Shown one piece after another: positions 17,469-26,281 of a DNA stretch of 28,370 nucleotides (within the stretch, counting starts at the first letter, position 1; each line of letters begins with the position of its first letter). The notes below the pieces were generated by a model, which had not been told where the DNA came from, did not search any database, and worked only from the letters and a program-made list of their open reading frames with translations. A program made the translations under genes and the position numbers. This DNA comes from a virus (taxonomy: Duplodnaviria > Caudoviricetes). Location: positions 1 to 28,370 of the IMG/VR virus record IMGVR_UViG_3300005827_000044. The stretch is one strand, 5' to 3'.

Positions 17469-18496
17469 CTTATTCTCCTCTTTTTATCCGTAAAATCTTT
17501 TGATTTTACGGATTTCGGTTGTGAATTATATATTGTGTCCGTCATGTTTGCAAGCCCTAAAGGTAGTAGGCCGCTAATATAACCTTGCGGTGGTATGCGT
17601 ATTTCACTATGCGGTTTTTCAAAATGTTTAATCTCTGTAAAATCACCATCTTTACCGGAAACCATGTATCTACGGTTATTGGGAATGATTATTTCGTTTT
17701 CATCTCTAAATTTTTGACCAAAACTTTCAGGCAAATGCTTATTAACCATGATAACCGGATCGCCTTTATAAAGCTGTATTTTGAACATAGGGCCAGTCTT
17801 GGATGTTGGAATATTAGTGGTCGAAGATGTAAAACCTCTTGAGGCTATTGTATCTCCAGGAGCAAGATTATACAGGTCTTTAACTGGCTCATCTTGAAGG
17901 TAAGAACCATCTTTTGTGTATTTCCTGGTTTTTATAGGCACAGGCAGCGAAACCGTGCGATAGACCGTCATATCCTCTTTAAGAGGCTCTGCAAGTTTTC
18001 TCAAACCGCCATACATCTCAGAATATCTGTCATCTACCGGAAACCCACCATTCTCCCGTAAATGATTGTTAAATTTGAGATACCCATCCGCCTTATAGCT
18101 AGCCAAGGCATCCTTAGCTTTCTTCAGCACATCTGGAATTGCCCCTTTTGCGGCTTTGATTCTTTGAATCAGGGACTTAATAGCCTCTGGCGTCTCGGCC
18201 TTTTCCGTAACTAGCCGATACATTTCCTCCAGAGCATTTGGAGATTGAGACATTCTAGTTAGGACATTACGCGCCGGGCCAGAATACCCACCACCTCCAC
18301 CTTCTAAATCTTGAATGATTTTATCAGGTGTTCCCGTGAAAGGATCGGTGAACAAACCGCCACTATTATAAAGATTAATCTTCTTTTTGTATCTGGCCGG
18401 ATTCTTTGGGCTATATTTAGGAATAGCCGTTTTACCTTGAGTTCTATTGTATTTTAGATAATTGAACCCCTTTTTAGGAGAGCCATACTTCTTCAT
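17465..18496 (-). CDS. VIP2/Alt-type (R-S-E clade) ADP-ribosyltransferase
   Basis: SY..DGYLKFNNHLR, MTVYR (catalytic Arg), GFTSSTT (STS-like) and DENEIII (ExE) occur in canonical order. ATGA overlap with the portal stop. Confidence 0.85.
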   Translation of the reverse strand: MKKYGSPKKGFNYLKYNRTQGKTAIPKYSPKNPARYKKKINLYNSGGLFTDPFTGTPDKIIQDLEGGGGGYSGPARNVLTRMSQSPNALEEMYRLVTEKAETPEAIKSLIQRIKAAKGAIPDVLKKAKDALASYKADGYLKFNNHLRENGGFPVDDRYSEMYGGLRKLAEPLKEDMTVYRTVSLPVPIKTRKYTKDGSYLQDEPVKDLYNLAPGDTIASRGFTSSTTNIPTSKTGPMFKIQLYKGDPVIMVNKHLPESFGQKFRDENEIIIPNNRRYMVSGKDGDFTEIKHFEKPHSEIRIPPQGYISGLLPLGLANMTDTIYNSQPKSVKSKDFTDKKRRIR

Positions 18497-21087
18497 GGCC
18501 TTGGCCTTGGATTAGTAAAATAATCGCCCGAAGTTATCTGCCCTCCCTGCTCGCTAGCTTTTACAGATTGAGCGGCTAAAACTGTCTGATTATCCTGCTC
18601 GTTCTTCAATATATCAGCCTGGATACGCATTTGTTCCGTTGCGTTCCTTTGTTCGGCTTCTTGCTTATCAAGAATCAGTTTAGCATCTGCCGTGTCTTTC
18701 TCTTGAGCATCCTTTTGAGCCTTACGCTGCAATTCCTGTAATTGCAGTTGAATCTCTGCCATAGCCTTTTCTTGATCGGCCTGTACCTTTTGCTGTGCAA
18801 TCTGAGCTTGAGTTTGATCTTCTTGCGCCTTTCTTTGAACTTCTTGCATCTGTGCCTGCGCAACCAAAACATCCGGCGTTGGCTGTGGAGGCTGCTGAAT
18901 ACTTTGCATAAATTGTTGTATTTCAGCAAATTCTTTCAAAACAGGAGCAAAGATTTCTTCTATTTCTTTGCTAACTATTTGAGATACATCGGCGATATAA
19001 TGATCCGACTGCTGGATGACATCTTCATCTTTAATCTTTAATATCTCCCCGATATCTGCTTTTGGATTGCCCGTGCTTTTCCTTAACAATTCGTTAGTCT
19101 TTTCATACATAAGCTGATTATAAGCATAAGCCATGTGTTCGCTTATATGAGAAGAAATCATTGGCAAGCTTGCCTGAGCCAATAATTGATTTTGTCGGAT
19201 AATGGAGCTTTTTGCATAATCCATGTGTGTATGAATATGCGCCATGTGATCTTGCTCGACAAAGGCCACCACCGGACGGCCCAATGATATGGCAACATTC
19301 TCTGCCGCAGCATTGGTAATCTTTGGCTTTTGCTCGTCAATTAACAATTCATCTGGAGCCGGAACACGCAACAGGACAAGGCCACGCTTAATCAATTCCC
19401 GACGATTAAATACATCTCCAGCCTGATTGGCTAACTGTAAAACCGCCTGCAACTGTGCATATCTTTGTGTTTCTGCGAAGATATTAGGGTCTGAAACCGG
19501 CATGACATTGCAAATACCTTCAAAATCGCCGTCTTTTAGGAGGTCTTCGCCATATTCATTCTTAACCCTATCTCTATCGAGATATTTCTTATTCAAACGA
19601 TAGATAATATCTAAGGACTGTGCCTGGGAGAAATGCGCTCGGCCAAAGATACTGGCATAAGTCTTTGAGCCTTGTTCGATAAGAGCCAAAGCCGTTCCAA
19701 CTGGAGCCTGATTACCTACATCCGCTATCTTTTCCTCTGCCGTAGCAATTAATTGCTGCGCTTGCGAAGTCACTTCTTGATAAAGCTGAAACAATACCGT
19801 GGAAGGTGGATTAAACGGCAAAGGCATGAAAATTTGCCGAATATCAGTAATATTGGCGCTAGCGTCAATTTCTGTCACGCCAAGAGGCTCCATGCTAATG
19901 CTTTGACCAGAGAATTTATTGCCGCGAAGCTTTAACCCAGCCGGGAAGTTCTGAATATGCGCCGAATCAAGCAAAGCCCGCAAAGCCCCCGTAGCGGATA
20001 TAGTTAGCCCACCCGCTATCTGATAAATGCTTGCCCCATAAACGCCACGCCAAGGAAAATACAAATATTCGACAAACCACTGAATTTCATTGGCAAATTC
20101 ATCTTCTTCATCCCAATTACGATAAATAGAAAGAATGTTCCTATTCGCCGCATCAATAGTAATGATATATGGGCGTTCCTCGCCTTTAGCTAATTCATCG
20201 GATTCTATCGTATATCGCCAGTGACACTCATAAACTTCCCGAACGCCATCTTCATTAGAACCTTCTTGCTTACCCTCAATCTTGTTAGCAATTTGCTCTG
20301 ACTTAGTTAGCTGTAATGCACTGCTTGAACCAGAAAAAGCCCCTTGTTCCTCATCTCCTACTTCACGATACAAGCCGTTCTTCACGCGCACCGCTATCTC
20401 ATCCTTCGATAAGAACATCCTTTGTGTTTTACGCCTGGCTTCAATGAAAGACGAAGCGTGATAAGGAAGGATCATATCATCGATATAAACAGGTTCGATC
20501 TTGAACGTATTCTTATTGAAATTCCATAAATGTTTTATGTAAACAGACCCGCTTAGCGGGACTTGTGAAAGGACTTTCTCAAGAACATTCTTATACTCGG
20601 ACTGAATGTCCATAGCCTGTAAATTGATAAAATCGCGTTCCCGCTCGGCTCGCTCAAGTTTATCTTTCGTGACTTTACCAAGAACCTTCATCCGAGCCGG
20701 GCCGTCCGGAGGTAGCAATTCCTTGCTGGTTCTGGATAAATAATCGATACAAGCCTGGGTAATAAGCGGGGAATTTACCTTGGAAGCTCCCTGAAATGGC
20801 GCGCCTGCCTCTTTATCCTCGGCAAGAAACGTCTTTTTCAGGGTATCTTTGTATAATTCGTCTCTTTTCTTACGAGCCTCACGATCCGAACGTATCAAAT
20901 CAAGCATATCAGACGCAAGCTGCGATAGAGCCATATCATCCATGTCTTCGGCCAGATTATCGCCAAAACTATTGGATTTTTCAGGAGAAATCTCTATTGC
21001 TTCATCGGAAACAATCTCTATTTCGTCAGGATCATGATCATTAGGCTTTAAGATAATATCTTCATTATCGTTGTTATCATCAATCAT
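18493..21087 (-). CDS. Portal protein
   Basis: 864 aa directly after TerL. FGDNLAE, PFQGAS.V.SPLI, ALRALLDSA...NFPAG, PVGTALAL.EQG, PVSDPNIF and QDH.AHI. C-terminal Gln-rich coiled-coil barrel as in P22-like portals. Confidence 0.9.
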   Translation of the reverse strand: MIDDNNDNEDIILKPNDHDPDEIEIVSDEAIEISPEKSNSFGDNLAEDMDDMALSQLASDMLDLIRSDREARKKRDELYKDTLKKTFLAEDKEAGAPFQGASKVNSPLITQACIDYLSRTSKELLPPDGPARMKVLGKVTKDKLERAERERDFINLQAMDIQSEYKNVLEKVLSQVPLSGSVYIKHLWNFNKNTFKIEPVYIDDMILPYHASSFIEARRKTQRMFLSKDEIAVRVKNGLYREVGDEEQGAFSGSSSALQLTKSEQIANKIEGKQEGSNEDGVREVYECHWRYTIESDELAKGEERPYIITIDAANRNILSIYRNWDEEDEFANEIQWFVEYLYFPWRGVYGASIYQIAGGLTISATGALRALLDSAHIQNFPAGLKLRGNKFSGQSISMEPLGVTEIDASANITDIRQIFMPLPFNPPSTVLFQLYQEVTSQAQQLIATAEEKIADVGNQAPVGTALALIEQGSKTYASIFGRAHFSQAQSLDIIYRLNKKYLDRDRVKNEYGEDLLKDGDFEGICNVMPVSDPNIFAETQRYAQLQAVLQLANQAGDVFNRRELIKRGLVLLRVPAPDELLIDEQKPKITNAAAENVAISLGRPVVAFVEQDHMAHIHTHMDYAKSSIIRQNQLLAQASLPMISSHISEHMAYAYNQLMYEKTNELLRKSTGNPKADIGEILKIKDEDVIQQSDHYIADVSQIVSKEIEEIFAPVLKEFAEIQQFMQSIQQPPQPTPDVLVAQAQMQEVQRKAQEDQTQAQIAQQKVQADQEKAMAEIQLQLQELQRKAQKDAQEKDTADAKLILDKQEAEQRNATEQMRIQADILKNEQDNQTVLAAQSVKASEQGGQITSGDYFTNPRPRP

Positions 21088-21182
21088 TTATATTTTCCTA
21101 ATTCTGCTATCTGTTCGTCAATATCTTTGAATATATATTTTTAGACAGATTTCTGTTTCCTAATTACTTTCATTTTATGTAC

Positions 21183-22634
21183 TCAAACCGCGTATGGGTT
21201 AATCCTAGGTTGATACGGCGTTCTTTCCTCCGCAAAAAATTGCTCTCTTTCTCTTTCGCGCTCATATTCTCTTGCATAGCCCGCATCCTTATCATGTCTA
21301 ATCATATCAGAATCGCGCAAATAAGCCAAAGCTTGCGTCATTGTATCCACAAAATCATCATGAACAAGTTTAGACCTAATGCTGTCAGGGCCAAATATCT
21401 CCACTTGCTTCATGAAACCATCTTCAGAGTTTTTGAACCAATCTTCTTCCATGACATTTTCATGAATGAACACAATCCCATTCTTAACTAAATGAGATAT
21501 TGCATACGCCCTCATAAGCTTATCTTCGCGTCCAGGATTCCAGGCCATTGCCGGAACCATTACCGCCCGTAAATCCTGATAAAGACTTTGCCCTGACCCT
21601 TTATCCTCAATAAGAACCAAATCGGCTTTCTTTGACCATTTATCACCAAATTGCTCGCCGCCATACCGGACATTGTGAAACTCATAAAGAACCCGCTCTC
21701 TAAGTTCGGGATAGGTTAAACGACCATACCAACCATGAATGAGCATGGCGCTATACCATTGCGTTTCTTCATTGTAGAATATGCCCCAAACCGTGCAAGC
21801 GCTTGGGTCATTAGCGGTTTTTTCTTTGAATGCCGTATCGTAGGACTGGATGATATATTCAAACTTAGGCAAATCACCCTTCCATGTCTTAAACCACGAT
21901 TTTTTAATGATAGCCCCTTCCTCTAAAGGAACAATCTCGCCATAAATTTCTTGCCGCCCCTTGGCCGTCCCTTCTAAAAGTGCAGCATTATCAAAGAATG
22001 AATCCGGCAAATTGACTTTATTCTCATAGCTTGAAGCATGGACGCAAACCACATCTCTACGTTCTTTAAGGCTAATAATCAAAGGAATTGGCCTTGGGGT
22101 CGTGGTTATGCACCATCTTGGCTTACTCCCTAAGCGCATCCCAAAAGATAATGTCTCAAAAGCCTCATCGGCGTATTGAAACGACGCTAATTCATCCAGC
22201 CACGCCCAATGAAACTGCGGGCCGCGAAACTTATCAGGGTCTTCGGCGGTATATCCCGTGATAATCGAGCCATTATGTAGCTCAATTTCAATATTTTGCT
22301 GGTTATATCGCTTAACAGCCGCCTGGGGGATAATCCTCAATAGCCCCGTAACCCCTTTGAAACATATACTCTCTACCGCATTGAAAGTAGGCCCAACCAC
22401 TACCCCACGAGAACCAGGAATCCTAAATGCTTGTTCAAAAGCCCAATATGCAGCACACATACTTTTCCCGAATCCGCGTCCTGCTAATAGCATCCAGATA
22501 TTCCAATCGCCTTTGGGGGCAAGCTGATTGGGCCTGGCTATTTTTTTGCGCCATTCGGCTATTTTGGCTAGGGATACGGCCTCCCATGGCTCCACATTGG
22601 CTAATTTGTTCTTTAGATCGTCAAAATCAGTCAT
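21183..22634 (-). CDS. terL: Terminase large subunit
   Basis: Walker A AGRGFGKS, Walker B AWLDE, coupling motif TTTP, RNase H-like SYDTA...IEDKGSG...HDDFVD. Start is ATG 22634 or GTG 22643. Confidence 0.95.
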   Translation of the reverse strand: MTDFDDLKNKLANVEPWEAVSLAKIAEWRKKIARPNQLAPKGDWNIWMLLAGRGFGKSMCAAYWAFEQAFRIPGSRGVVVGPTFNAVESICFKGVTGLLRIIPQAAVKRYNQQNIEIELHNGSIITGYTAEDPDKFRGPQFHWAWLDELASFQYADEAFETLSFGMRLGSKPRWCITTTPRPIPLIISLKERRDVVCVHASSYENKVNLPDSFFDNAALLEGTAKGRQEIYGEIVPLEEGAIIKKSWFKTWKGDLPKFEYIIQSYDTAFKEKTANDPSACTVWGIFYNEETQWYSAMLIHGWYGRLTYPELRERVLYEFHNVRYGGEQFGDKWSKKADLVLIEDKGSGQSLYQDLRAVMVPAMAWNPGREDKLMRAYAISHLVKNGIVFIHENVMEEDWFKNSEDGFMKQVEIFGPDSIRSKLVHDDFVDTMTQALAYLRDSDMIRHDKDAGYAREYEREREREQFFAEERTPYQPRINPYAV

Positions 22635-22899
22635 TCGGCTCACTTTTCATTATATCGAGCAACGAATTAATAGCTTCCTGCTTTTGTTGCCAATCTACGG
22701 CAATATTAGCATTGACCTGAACGGATTGTTTTTGTGCGTGAATATACTTGGCAATTTCTTTATTTGCTTGCAATCTCAATGAGTTAGATGATTCCTCATC
22801 ACGAGCAATCTTAACCATTTCAAGCAAAGGGTCGTATTTCTCCCCAAGCTCGTCCTGGATCATCTTCAGTAATGGATCGACCGGCATATTTTGTGTCAT
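22627..22899 (-). CDS. Probable terminase small subunit
   Basis: 90-aa helical protein overlapping the TerL start. DPLLEMV.IA...LRLQA.KE.AKY.HA. Confidence 0.6.
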   Translation of the reverse strand: MTQNMPVDPLLKMIQDELGEKYDPLLEMVKIARDEESSNSLRLQANKEIAKYIHAQKQSVQVNANIAVDWQQKQEAINSLLDIMKSEPND

Positions 22900-22971
22900 G
22901 CCATATAATTACCACTACAGGAAGTGTTTTACAAGAAAGTTTTGTATAAATTCTTTGTAATCGGTGATTAA

Positions 22972-23006
22972 ACAAAAGGCTCCAGGAATTACCTTGAGCC
23001 TTTTGT
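22972..23006 (-). terminator. Rho-independent terminator, probably bidirectional
   Basis: ACAAAAGGCTC...GAGCCTTTTGT inverted repeat with T-tracts on both strands, just downstream of the tRNA. Confidence 0.75.
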
Positions 23007-23050
23007 GCGCGATAATGCTAGCACGTTATTTTCATCTTACCAGTTATTCA

Positions 23051-23125
23051 TGGTAACCGCAATAGGAATCGAACCTATATCTGAAACTTAGAAGGTTTCT
23101 GCTCTATCCATTGAGCTATGCGGTT
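23051..23125 (-). tRNA. tRNA-Arg (anticodon UCU), CCA encoded
   Basis: AACCGCA TA GCTC AATGGATA GAGC A GAAAC CTTCTAA GTTTC AGAT ATAGG TTCGATT CCTAT TGCGGTT A CCA. 75 nt, all four stems pair, A20 Arg identity element present. Confidence 0.95.
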
Positions 23126-23261
23126 ATTTCTTATTTCTCTTAGCCTCAGACAAAGCTATGGCCACGGCCTGTTTCTTGTTGATTACTTTCTGACCCGAAG
23201 ATGACTTTAGCTTGCCACCTTTGAACTCTCGCAACACTTTCTCAACTTTGCTTTTCTTCAT
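23124..23261 (-). CDS. 45-aa basic DUF6496-like protein (absent from the ORF track)
   Basis: MKKSKVEKVLREFKGGKLKSSSGQKVINKKQAVAIALSEAKRNKK. GGAGG RBS. KV..V..EFK.G.L.S...KQA.AIALSEA signature. Confidence 0.85.
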   Translation of the reverse strand: MKKSKVEKVLREFKGGKLKSSSGQKVINKKQAVAIALSEAKRNKK

Positions 23262-23568
23262 TTTCAAAATCCTCCATATAAGACTTAAACAAGTCTTTCA
23301 TTTGTTTATTGACGTCAATTATATTCACATTATTTCTCACAAAAGAAGAACCATACTTCTTTAACAACTCCCAAAAGAACCCATTCATAAATGATGGGGT
23401 TAAAGACATACATTCAGCAAACGAGACGATAACCCTCATTCCTTTATCTAAATCTGGAATAATGTCATTAAACAACGCGAACCCATCTTCATAAGTATTC
23501 GCGGAAAGAATAGCTTTTTTTGCACAAGAAGCTACAAAGATATTTGTAATTATGTCGTTAAGCGTCAC
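23242..23568 (-). CDS. STAS-like domain protein (DUF4325-like)
   Basis: DG..LF..I...L..G..V.VSF......TPSFMNGFF.EL..KY matches the STAS-like pattern, including the SF motif. Confidence 0.7.
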   Translation of the reverse strand: MTLNDIITNIFVASCAKKAILSANTYEDGFALFNDIIPDLDKGMRVIVSFAECMSLTPSFMNGFFWELLKKYGSSFVRNNVNIIDVNKQMKDLFKSYMEDFENEEKQS

Positions 23569-23586
23569 AATATACCATCCAGAAAT

Positions 23587-24561
23587 CTAAGAAGATTTAA
23601 CAACCAATCCATTTAGTTCTCCATGCTTTACCTTAATCCCAAACCCGTCTTTGAAAACAACGCCAGGGCCTTCGTGGTTGTGAAGAAACCCGTTCCTATC
23701 CATATAAACATCAACTGGCTTCTCACATACAATTACAAAATCATCATAAGGCCACCACATTAGATTGTGGTGGAACAAGCCAATAATACAATTAAGAACA
23801 TCAAGTCGATAATCGGATAAAGAAAAGTATCCCAAACAATCTCTAAATAATGTCTCCTCGGAGATGCCAAGCTCATCAAGGTTTCCTAAAGGATAATTGT
23901 TGCTAATAAAAAACTCATATACAGGAAGTAGTTCAAGCCAGGAATTAAATGGGAAAAACCACATATTGAAATTCCACTTCTCTATCTTCCATAGATTTTC
24001 TTCCATTACAATGCTAGACACATCCTCTTGCAAGGAATCGGCTACATTTTGCCAAATTCTATCAGATATCGCGCCTATATGACCGATCTTCATCATATCT
24101 ATTATTTTGTGAAACGTATCACATGAAGTAATAGAAAAACTATTTTTGTAATCACGTTTGATTTGCCTAATTTCTAAAAACTCTTTGGCATAATTGAACA
24201 CCTCATCAAATTTGCCAATCGTTTCAAGGTAATAACGCCTAAAAAGATTTTTCAACGCCACATGAATTGTGTGCCTACAACTATACCAAATTAATCTATT
24301 ACTATTAGACCCGATCCCTGGTGAGCTAAAATTTTTGGATAAATTCTCTTTTATGCAGCACCACATCAAATGTGCAGATAAAGGAGAATCAGCCCATATA
24401 ACTTTGACATCTTTTCCGCTGTAACGCTTAGAGAATTTAATAAGCGCCGCGGATGTGTTGTCACGAGCTTCTTGCGTGGAATATTGAGAAAGCCCTGGAT
24501 TAACCAGATACTTGTTTGTTAAAGCCTCAATTTGCTCTTTCTCAGCAATAGATAGCGTCAT
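23587..24561 (-). CDS. Phage protein with C-terminal DUF6745-like domain
   Basis: VIWADSPL near the N-terminus. WWPY..FVIVCEKP...LHNHEGPGVVFKDGF at the C-terminus. ATG 24561 with GAGGTG RBS. Confidence 0.7.
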   Translation of the reverse strand: MTLSIAEKEQIEALTNKYLVNPGLSQYSTQEARDNTSAALIKFSKRYSGKDVKVIWADSPLSAHLMWCCIKENLSKNFSSPGIGSNSNRLIWYSCRHTIHVALKNLFRRYYLETIGKFDEVFNYAKEFLEIRQIKRDYKNSFSITSCDTFHKIIDMMKIGHIGAISDRIWQNVADSLQEDVSSIVMEENLWKIEKWNFNMWFFPFNSWLELLPVYEFFISNNYPLGNLDELGISEETLFRDCLGYFSLSDYRLDVLNCIIGLFHHNLMWWPYDDFVIVCEKPVDVYMDRNGFLHNHEGPGVVFKDGFGIKVKHGELNGLVVKSS

Positions 24562-24563
24562 TA

Positions 24564-24827
24564 TCACCTCGATTTAGATTTCTTCTTACCCTGGGCCTTG
24601 TTATCAAGAAAGAACGAAGACATTTCCCATTCTGCCCCGTGATGCTCAAAGAAGATTTTCATGTTTGGCCTCACGTAAAAGACAATATCATTACAATCTG
24701 TATTCACAAAAAATATCCACTTAGTCTCCCTTAAGAAATTCATTTTCTCCGAGTAAACTGAGGTGCCTTGTATCCTTATAAGGCAATGTCCGGTGTGTTC
24801 AGTTACATTAAAAAGCTCATTGCTCAT
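24564..24827 (-). CDS. Hypothetical protein
   Basis: 87-aa ORF, AGGGG RBS, packed in the operon. Confidence 0.6.
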   Translation of the reverse strand: MSNELFNVTEHTGHCLIRIQGTSVYSEKMNFLRETKWIFFVNTDCNDIVFYVRPNMKIFFEHHGAEWEMSSFFLDNKAQGKKKSKSR

Positions 24828-24836
24828 AACTACCCC

Positions 24837-25094
24837 CTAATGTTTCACACCATTCTGGCTCAATGCCAGCATGGCTCGTTCACGCATGGTTTTACAAGCT
24901 TGGTGATCCTTGCCTAAAGATTGTTCAAAGGACTCAATCAGGCCAACAAGTGCTGTCAAAAACACATCATAAACAAGCAAACCAGAATACTTCTTGTTCT
25001 CAACCAGGTCAGCCAATGAACCCGAAAGGTCTTCATAATCCCTCAGGTACTTGATGGCTATTTCTTCTAATTCTTCGCTAGGTATCTCGATCAT
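24837..25094 (-). CDS. Hypothetical protein
   Basis: 85-aa helical ORF, TAATG coupling, GAGG RBS. Confidence 0.65.
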   Translation of the reverse strand: MIEIPSEELEEIAIKYLRDYEDLSGSLADLVENKKYSGLLVYDVFLTALVGLIESFEQSLGKDHQACKTMRERAMLALSQNGVKH

Positions 25095-25450
25095 TAGAGC
25101 ATCAACCTCTTTTGCATTTTTTCAATCTTTCTATTGATATGATACGGCAGATAGATGCCTCGGCTTTGAGCTATTACCATTAACGATATGAAAGCCATTA
25201 CTAAATCGTTAATCCCATCTTCATCATCAAAGCAATCCCATGACACATCACCGCCATATACCTTTTCAAGAATATAAGGCACTTTCTCTGTTTTCTTACT
25301 TAAAGCTTTTGGATGTTGAAGAAGAACCTCTATCCACCTTGGCAATCTAGTATCTTCGCTTTCATCAAGTAATCGCCTGTATTTATCTTCGGCCTTATTC
25401 ATTAAATACTTGATCTCGTCTCGCATTATATAGAATGAATCGTCTCTCAT
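25094..25450 (-). CDS. Hypothetical protein, C-terminus resembles a degenerate MazG-like fold
   Basis: Start moved to ATG 25450 (TAATG coupling). DLVMAFISLMVIAQSRGIYLPYHINRKIEKMQKR. Confidence 0.55.
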   Translation of the reverse strand: MRDDSFYIMRDEIKYLMNKAEDKYRRLLDESEDTRLPRWIEVLLQHPKALSKKTEKVPYILEKVYGGDVSWDCFDDEDGINDLVMAFISLMVIAQSRGIYLPYHINRKIEKMQKRLML

Positions 25451-25878
25451 TATTTTACGCCTTCCAGATGTTTCCATTTAGGAATTATTAAAAAGTGATT
25501 AACGGTATCAATCTTGTAATTATAATCATTTTGAAACACCATATCCTCAAAATTATACCAAGCGTATGCTTGCACAGGATCACCCATATTATTTTTATAA
25601 TCAACCAAGAAATCCACCAACTCCCCATCTTCATCCACAGCCATCTCAGGCTTAAACTCACTAATAGGACGCCATGTTGGCGTTAGGTTGGGTTTATTGG
25701 TTTCCTCTTCAACATGAAGTTCATATTCACCACAACCAAAGTCTGGCCTTGTAAAAACCCACGGCATTCCAGCTTTAGCCAGTTCCGCTTTTGGCTCACT
25801 TCTTAAGCAATAAGGATTATGTGGCTCACCTAAAAGGTTATTGCCCCAATACTTACAAGTCTCACATCTTATTTTCAT
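25450..25878 (-). CDS. Two-domain accessory protein (Cys4 metal-binding N-terminus plus DUF551-like C-terminus)
   Basis: RCETCKYW...CLRSEP...CGEY, then WRPISE...VNHFLIIP. Confidence 0.6.
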   Translation of the reverse strand: MKIRCETCKYWGNNLLGEPHNPYCLRSEPKAELAKAGMPWVFTRPDFGCGEYELHVEEETNKPNLTPTWRPISEFKPEMAVDEDGELVDFLVDYKNNMGDPVQAYAWYNFEDMVFQNDYNYKIDTVNHFLIIPKWKHLEGVK

Positions 25879-25888
25879 TTATTCACCT

Positions 25889-26281
25889 TCATCCATTGTT
25901 CTTTGGTAAAGGCACTTCCTCAAAATCCACGGATTCCGAATAATACCCATTCGATGTTCCATACCAACGGATAGTCACATTGCCTTTGATCGTAGCTATC
26001 TTGTAAAACGTCCACGTGAAAGAATCGTTATACTGTTCTTTCGGGTTCTCATTGCTAGAAACTTCTTCAGCCATAAGAATAGGACTACCTATTAAATCAT
26101 CCAAATCACCAACAATATCTTCAATATAAACGAACTCACAGCAATCTTGCGAATGGTGCATAATAAATTTTCTGTTACATGATGTTAAAAACAATATTTT
26201 GTCGTCAGCATCAGCATTGTCCCTAACAACATTTATTTCTTTTAATGTCAGACCTATTAAATCACTTATATTGTTGCTCAT
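25889..26281 (-). CDS. Conserved phage protein (QDCCE family)
   Basis: H.QDCCE.VYIEDI.GDL.DLIG.PIL.AEE, TWTFYK.AT.KG.V.IRWYG.SNGYYSE. I recognise this as a widespread phage family of unknown function. Confidence 0.8.
   Translation of the reverse strand: MSNNISDLIGLTLKEINVVRDNADADDKILFLTSCNRKFIMHHSQDCCEFVYIEDIVGDLDDLIGSPILMAEEVSSNENPKEQYNDSFTWTFYKIATIKGNVTIRWYGTSNGYYSESVDFEEVPLPKNNG

Noticed and set aside
2980-19340. Alternate-frame minus-strand ORFs nested in larger genes (2980-3210, 5185-5373, 10128-10439, 14340-14558, 15871-16110, 18675-18929, 19158-19340)
   Set aside because: They are fully nested and have no recognisable features or evidence of programmed frameshifting.
22900-22960. Promoter and imperfect inverted repeat upstream of TerS (TTGTAA-N17-TAATTA; TTACAAGAA/TTCTTTGTAA)
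   Set aside because: The position is plausible, but the -10 match is weak in AT-rich DNA and not enough to call.
23214-23228. EFKGG in the DUF6496-like protein as another copy of the GG tag
   Set aside because: It falls within that family's own EFK.G.L signature and has different spacing, so it was not counted.
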